Source of the DNA: Auanema rhodensis
Taxonomy: Eukaryota > Animalia > Nematoda
Assembly (NCBI GenBank): GCA_964057225.1
Contig: OZ059900.1
Coordinates: 1,922,001-1,986,000 of the forward strand
Length of the DNA: 64,000 nucleotides
Reading direction: 5' to 3'
Shown: in pieces, positions 56,241 through 64,000 of the stretch
Layout of the letters: every line of letters starts with the position of its first letter
Numbering within the stretch: position 1 is the stretch's first letter
The notes under the pieces: model-generated
Seen by the model: the letters and a program-made list of their open reading frames with translations, nothing else
Told to the model about the DNA's origin: nothing
Database searches by the model: none
Position numbers and translations under genes: made by a program

Positions 56241-59200
56241 CTACACTAAGTATGGTCGTTTTTATGCCTTTAACACCATATACTCACCGATTTTTGGTAC
56301 AAAATCTGTAATACTTGTAAATTTTGATCATATTCGTTAAGATTCGAGAATCAAACACATAATACACGAAATAAGTCTAGTTTTATGAGTTTGCACTGAT
56401 ATTTATTCATTTTGATCAAAAAAGGTCGAAAATAGAAAGAATTTTTGAATTTTCCGAGTTTTGAGTCCAATTGGGCTAAATCTCTCATATATATGATCAA
56501 AAGCATAGTTTTACTGTCTATGATAACAAAAGTCTTCAAATATACACTAATAATGTGTAAATCACTGAATTTCACTCAAATAGCATTACTACACTAAGTA
56601 TGGTCGTTTTTATGCCTTTAACACCATATACTCACCGATTTTTGGTACAAAATCTGTAATACTTGTAAATTTTGATCATATTCGTTAAGATTCGAGAATC
56701 AAACACATAATACACAAAATAAGTCTATTTTTATGAGTTTGCACTGATATTTATTCATTTTGATCAAAAAAGGTCGAAAATAGAAAGAATTTTTGAAATT
56801 TCCGAGTTTTGAGTCTAATTTGGCTAAATCGCTCATATATATGATCAAAAGCATAGTTTTACTGTCTATGATAACAAAAGTCTTCAAATATACACTAATA
56901 ATGTGTAAATCACTGAATTTCACTCAAATAGCATTACTACACTAAGTATGGTCGTTTTTATGCCTTTAACACCATATACTCACCGATTTTTGGTACAAAA
57001 TCTGTAATACTCGTAAATTTTGATCATATTTGTTAAGATTCGAGAATCAAACACATAATACACAAAATAAGTCTATTTTTACAAGTTTGCACTGATATTT
57101 ATTCATTTTGATCAAAAAAGGTCGAAAATAGAAAGAATTTTTGAAATTTCCGAGTTTTGAGTCCAATTTGGCTAAATCGCTCATATATATGATCAAAAGC
57201 ATAGTTTTATTGTCTATAACAACAAAAGTCATCAATTAAACGCTAGTGATGTTTAAATACTGAATTTCGCTCAAATAGCATGACTACACTAAGTATGGTC
57301 GTTTTTATGCCTTTAACACCATATACTCACCGATTTTTGGTACAAAATCTGTAATACTCGTAAATTTTGATCATATTTGTTAAGATTTGAGAATCAAACA
57401 TACAATACACAAAATCAGTCTATTTTTATGAGCTTGCACTGATATATATTCATTTTGATCAAAAAAGGTCGAAAATAGAAAGAATTTTTGAAATTTCCGA
57501 GTTTTGAGTCTAATTTGGCTAAATCGCTCATATATATAATCAAAAGCATAGTTTTACTGTCTATGATAACAAAAGTCATCAATTAAACGCTAGTGATGTT
57601 TAAATACTGATTTTCGCTCAAATAGCATTACTACACTAAGTATGGTCGTTTTTATGCCTTTAACACCATATACTCACCGATTTTTGGTACAAAATCTGTA
57701 ATACTCATAAAATTTGATCATATTTGTTAAGATTTGAGAATCAAACACACAATACACAAAATCAGTCTATTTTTATGAGTTTACACTGATATATATTCAT
57801 TTTCATCAAAAAAGGTCGAAAATAGAAAGAATTTTTGAATTTTCCGAGTTTTGAGTCGAATTGGGCTAAATCGCTCATATATATGATCAAAAGCATAGTT
57901 TTACTGTCTATGATAACAAAAGTCTTCAAATATACACTAATAATGATTAAATCACTGAATTTCACACAAATAGCATTACTACACTAAGTATGGTCGTTTT
58001 TATGCCTTTAACACCATATACTCACCGATTTTTGGTACAAAATCTGTAATACTTGTAAATTTTGATCATATTTGTTAAGATTCGAGAATCAAACACATAA
58101 TACACAAAATAAGTCTATTTTTATGAGTTTGCACTGATATTTATTCATTTTGATCAAAAAAGGTCGAAAATAGAAAGAATTTTTGAAATTTCCGAGTTTT
58201 GAGTCTAATTTGGCTAAATCGCTCATATATATGATCAGAAGCATAGTTTTATTGTCTATGACAACAAAAATCATCAATTAAACGCTAGTGATGTTTAAAT
58301 ACTGATTTTCGCTCAAATAGCATTACTACACTAAGTATGGTCGTTTTTATGCCTTTAACACCATATACTCACCGATTTTTGGTACAAAATCTGTAATACT
58401 CGTAAATTTTGATCATATTCGTTAAGATTTGAGAATCAAACATACAATACACAAAATCAGTCTATTTTTATGAGCTTGCACTGATATATATTCATTTTGA
58501 TCAAAAAAGGTCGAAAATAGAAAGAATTTTTGAAATTTCCGAGTTTTGAGTCTAATTTGGCTAAATCGCTCATATATATGATCAAAAGCATAGTTTTACT
58601 GTCTATGATAACAAAAGTCTTCAAATATACACTAATAATGATTAAATCACTGAATTTCAGTCAAATAGCATTACTACACTAAGTATGGTCGTTTTTATGC
58701 CTTTAACACCATATACTCACCGATTTTTGGTACAAAATCTGTAATACTTGTAAATTTCGATCATATTTGTTAAGATTCGAGAATCAAACACATAATACAC
58801 GAAATAAGTCTATTTTTACAAGTTTGCACTGATATTTATTCATTTTGATCAAAAAAGGTCGAAAATAGAAAGAATTTTTGAAATTTCCGAGTTTTGAGTC
58901 CAATTTGGCTAAATCGCTCATATATAAGATCAAAAGCATAGTTTTATTGTCTATAACAACAAAAGTCATCAATTAAACGCTAGTGATATTTAAATACTGA
59001 TTTTCGCCCAAGTAGCATTACTACACTAAGTATGGTCGTTTTTATGCCTTTAACACCATATACTCACCGATTTTTGGTACAAAATCTGTAATACTTGTAA
59101 ATTTTGATCATATTCGTTAAGATTTGAGAATCAAACATACAATACACAAAATCAGTCTATTTTTATGAGTTTGCACTGATATATATTCATTTTGATCAAA

Positions 59201-62200
59201 AAAGGTCGAAAATAGAAAGAATTTTTGAATTTTCCGAGTTTTGAGTCCAATTGGGCTAAATCGCTCATATATATAATCAAAAGCATAGTTTTACTGTCTA
59301 TGATAACAAAAGTCATCAATTAAACGCTAGTGATGTTCAAATACTGATTTTCGCTCAAATAGCATTACTACACTAAGTATGGTCGTTTTTATGCCTTTAA
59401 CACCATATACTCACCGATTTTTGGTACAAAATCTGTAATACTCGTAAAATTTGATCATATTTGTTAAGATTTGAGAATCAAACACACAATACACAAAATC
59501 AGTCTATTTTTATGAGTTTACACTGATATATATTCATTTTCATCAAAAAAGGTCGAAAATAGAAAGAATTTTTGAATTTTCCGAGTTTTGAGTCGAATTG
59601 GGCTAAATCGCTCATATATATGATCAAAAGCATAGTTTTACTGTCTATGATAACAAAAGTCTTCAAATATACACTAATAATGATTAAATCACTGAATTTC
59701 ACTCAAATAGCATTACTACACTAAGTATGGTCGTTTTTATGCCTTTAACACCATATACTCACCGATTTTTGGTACAAAATCTGTAATACTTGTAAATTTT
59801 GATCATATTTGTTAAGATTCGAGAATCAAACACATAATACACAAAATAAGTCTATTTTTATGAGTTTGCACTGATATTTATTCATTTTGATCAAAAAAGG
59901 TCGAAAATAGAAAGAATTTTTGAAATTTCCGAGTTTTGAGTCTAATTTGGCTAAATCGCTCATATATATGATCAGAAGCATAGTTTTATTGTCTATGACA
60001 ACAAAAATCATCAATTAAACGCTAGTGATGTTTAAATACTGATTTTCGCTCAAATAGCATTACTACACTAAGTATGGTCGTTTTTATGCCTTTAACACCA
60101 TATACTCACCGATTTTTGGTACAAAATCTGTAATACTCGTAAATTTTGATCATATTCGTTAAGATTTGAGAATCAAACATACAATACACAAAATCAGTCT
60201 ATTTTTATGAGCTTGCACTGATATATATTCATTTTGATCAAAAAAGGTCGAAAATAGAAAGAATTTTTGAAATTTCCGAGTTTTGAGTCTAATTTGGCTA
60301 AATCGCTCATATATATGATCAAAAGCATAGTTTCACTGTCTATGATAACAAAAGTCTTCAAATATACACTAATAATGATTAAATCACTGAATTTCAGTCA
60401 AATAGCATTACTACACTAAGTATGGTCGTTTTTATGCCTTTAACACCATATACTCACCGATTTTTGGTACAAAATCTGTAATACTTGTAAATTTTGATCA
60501 TATTTGTTAAGATTCGAGAATCAAACACATAATACACGAAATAAGTCTATTTTTACAAGTTTGCACTGATATTTATTCATTTTGATCAAAAAAGGTCGAA
60601 AATAGAAAGAATTTTTGAAATTTCCGAGTTTTGAGTCCAATTTGGCTAAATCGCTCATATATAAGATCAAAAGCATAGTTTTATTGTCTATAACAACAAA
60701 AGTCATCAATTAAACGCTAGTGATATTTAAATACTGATTTTCGCTCAAGTAGCATTACTACACTAAGTATGGTCGTTTTTATGCCTTTAACACCATATAC
60801 TCACCGATTTTTGGTACAAAATCTGTAATACTTGTAAATTTTGATCATATTCGTTAAGATTTGAGAATCAAACATACAATACACAAAATCAGTCTATTTT
60901 TATGAGCTTGCACTGATATATATTCATTTTGATCAAAAAAGGTCGAAAATAGAAAGAATTTTCGAAATTTCCGAGTTTTGAGTCTAATTTGGCTAAATCG
61001 CTCATATATATGATCAGAAGCATAGTTTTATTGTCTATGACAACAAAAATCATCAATTAAACGCTAGTGATGTTTAAATACTGATTTTCGCTCAAATAGC
61101 ATTACTACACTAAGTATGGTCGTTTTTATGCCTTTAACACCATATACTCACCGATTTTTGGTACAAAATCTGTAATACTCGTAAATTTTGATCATATTCG
61201 TTAAGATTTGAGAATCAAACATACAATACAAAAAATAAGTCTATTTTTACAAGTTTGCACTGATATTTATTCATTTTGATCAAAAAAGGTCGAAAATAGA
61301 AAGAATTTTTGAAATTTCCGAGTTTTGAGTCCAATTTGGCTAAATCGCTCATATATAAGATCAAAAGCATAGTTTTACTGTCTATGATAACAAAAGTCTT
61401 CAAATATACACTAATAATGATTAAATCACTGAATTTCACTCAAATAGCATTACTACACTAAGTATGGTCGTTTTTATGCCTTTAACACCATATACTCACC
61501 GATTTTTGGTACAAAATCTGTAATACTCGTAAATTTTGATCATATTCGTTAAGATTTGAGAATCAAACATACAATACACAAAATCAGTCTATTTTTATGA
61601 GCTTGCACTGATATATATTCATTTTGATCAAAAAAGGTCGAAAATAGAAAGAATTTTCGAAATTTCCGAGTTTTGAGTCTAATTTGGCTAAATCGCTCAT
61701 ATATATGATCAGAAGCATAGTTTTATTGTCTATGACAACAAAAATCATCAATTAAACGCTAGTGATGTTTAAATACTGATTTTCGCTCAAATAGCATTAC
61801 TACACTAAGTATGGTCGTTTTTATGCCTTTAACACCATATACTCACCGATTTTTGGTACAAAATCTGTAATACTCGTAAATTTTGATCATATTCGTTAAG
61901 ATTTGAGAATCAAACATACAATACACAAAATCAGTCTATTTTTATGAGCTTGCACTGATATATATTCATTTTGATCAAAAAAGGTCGAAAATAGAAAGAA
62001 TTTTTGAAATTTCCGAGTTTTGAGTCTAATTTGGCTAAATCGCTCATATATATGATCAAAAGCATAGTTTCACTGTCTATGATAACAAAAGTCTTCAAAT
62101 ATACACTAATAATGATTAAATCACTGAATTTCAGTCAAATAGCATTACTACACTAAGTATGGTCGTTTTTATGCCTTTAACACCATATACTCACCGATTT

Positions 62201-64000
62201 TTGGTACAAAATCTGTAATACTTGTAAATTTTGATCATATTTGTTAAGATTCGAGAATCAAACACATAATACACGAAATAAGTCTATTTTTACAAGTTTG
62301 CACTGATATTTATTCATTTTGATCAAAAAAGGTCGAAAATAGAAAGAATTTTTGAAATTTCCGAGTTTTGAGTCCAATTTGGCTAAATCGCTCATATATA
62401 AGATCAAAAGCATAGTTTTATTGTCTATAACAACAAAAGTCATCAATTAAACGCTAGTGATATTTAAATACTGATTTTCGCTCAAGTAGCATTACTACAC
62501 TAAGTATGGTCGTTTTTATGCCTTTAACACCATATACTCACCGATTTTTGGTACAAAATCTGTAATACTCGTAAATTTTGATCATATTCGTTAAGATTTG
62601 AGAATCAAACATACAATACACAAAATCAGTCTATTTTTATGAGCTTGCACTGATATATATTCATTTTGATCAAAAAAGGTCGAAAATAGAAAGAATTTTT
62701 GAAATTTCCGAGTTTTGAGTCTAATTTGGCTAAATCGCTCATATATATGATCAGAAGCATAGTTTTATTGTCTATGACAACAAATGTCATCAATTAAACG
62801 CTAGTGATGTTTAAATACTGATTTTCGCTCAAATAGCATTACTACACTAAGTATGGTCGTTTTTATGCCTTTAACACCATATACTCACCGATTTTTGGTA
62901 CAAAATCTGTAATACTCGTAAATTTTGATCATATTTGTTAAGATTTGAAAATCAAACACACAATAAACAAAATCAGTCTATTTTTATGAGTTTGCACTGA
63001 TATATATTCATTTTGATCAAAAAAGGTCGAAAATAGAAAGAATTTTTGAATTTTCCGAGTTTTGAGTCCAATTGGGCTAAATCGCTCATATATATGATCA
63101 AAAGCATAGTTTTACTGTCTATGATAACAAAAGTCTTCAAATATACACTAATAATGATTAAATCACTGAATTTCAGTCAAATAGCATTACTACACTAAGT
63201 ATGGTCGTTTTTATGCCTTTAACACCATATACTCACCGATTTTTGGTACAAAATCTGTGATACTCGTAAATTTTGATCATATTCAGTGAGATTCGAGAAT
63301 CAAACACACAATACACGAAATAAGTTTATTTTTACGAGTTTGCACTGATATTTATTCATTTTGATCAAAAAAGTTCGAAAACAGAAAGAATTTTTGAAAT
63401 TTCCGAGTTTTGAGTCTAATTTGGCTAAATCGCTCATATATATGATCAGAAGCATAGTTTTATTGTCTATGACAACAAAAGTCATCAATTAAACGCTAGT
63501 GATGTTTAAATACTGAATTTCGCTCAAATAGCATTACTACACTAAGTATGGTCGTTTTTATGCCTTTAACACCATATACTCACCGATTTTTGGTACAAAA
63601 TCTGTAATACTCGTAAATTTCGATCATATCCGTTAAGATTCGAGAATCAAACACACAATACACAAAATAAGTTTATTTTTACGAGTTTGAACTGGTATTT
63701 ATTCATTTTGATCAAAAAAGGTCGAAAATAGAAAGAATTTTTGAAATTTCCGAGTTTTGAGTCTAATTTGGCTAAATCGCTCATATATATGATCAAAAGC
63801 ATAGTTTTACTGTCTATGATAACAAAAGTCATCAATTAAACGCTAGTGATGTTTAAATACTGAATTTCACTCAAATAGCATTACTACACTAAGTATGGTC
63901 GTTTTTATGCCTTTAACACCATATACTCACCGATTTTTGGTACAAAATCTGTAATACTTGTAAATTTTGATCATATTTGTTAAGATTCGAGAATCGAACA
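56241..64000. repeat. Block duplication copy 2 (partner of 41965-49724), runs off the window end
   Basis: Same monomer order and rare variants at the +14276 offset up to the last base of the window. Confidence 0.92.

Larger units (their letters stand above)
1..64000. repeat. Tandem satellite DNA array, 347/348-bp monomer, about 184 copies, extends beyond both window edges
   Basis: Motifs such as ACTACACTAAGTATGGTCGTTTTTATGCCTTTAACACCATATACTCACCGATTTTTGGTACAAAATCTGT recur every 347 or 348 bp from start to end, always in the same orientation. ORF-track coordinates step by 347/348 or multiples. Confidence 0.99.

Noticed and set aside
41-63835. More than 100 near-identical minus-strand ORFs of 61-101 aa (MKFSDL.../MMTFVV...) suggesting a tandem or diversified small-protein gene family
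   Set aside because: They are translations of the satellite monomer. Starts are GTG/TTG called as M, starts and stops appear and vanish with common variants, the 347/348 indel falls in the 5' part of the frame, variants are largely non-synonymous, and I recognise no domain. Ribosome profiling or proteomics would be needed to revive this.
1-64000. CRISPR-like or cassette array (constant block alternating with variable block)
   Set aside because: The variable parts are homologous alleles differing by point changes, not unique spacers. The 347/348-bp period is far too long for CRISPR, and no cas, recombinase or reverse transcriptase gene is present.

Overview
The whole 64 kb is one head-to-tail, single-orientation tandem satellite DNA array of about 184 copies of an AT-rich 347/348-bp monomer (about 28% GC, hand-counted in the first monomer). 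It looks like eukaryotic centromeric or pericentromeric heterochromatin, but I cannot name the family or host. I find no supportable genes, RNA genes, transposons or CRISPR arrays. All listed ORFs are translations of the same stretch of the repeat and are treated as artefacts. The real structure is internal. There are two length subtypes and shuffled variant blocks separated by near-invariant, dyad-rich blocks. Variation is biased towards CpG decay. Higher-order duplications are nested (3-, 5-, 6-, 9-, 32/37- and 41-monomer offsets), and two variant domains alternate. The only substantial interruption is a 32-bp insertion at 54530-54561, partly an inverted copy of satellite sequence about 190 bp downstream, resembling a templated end-joining scar.
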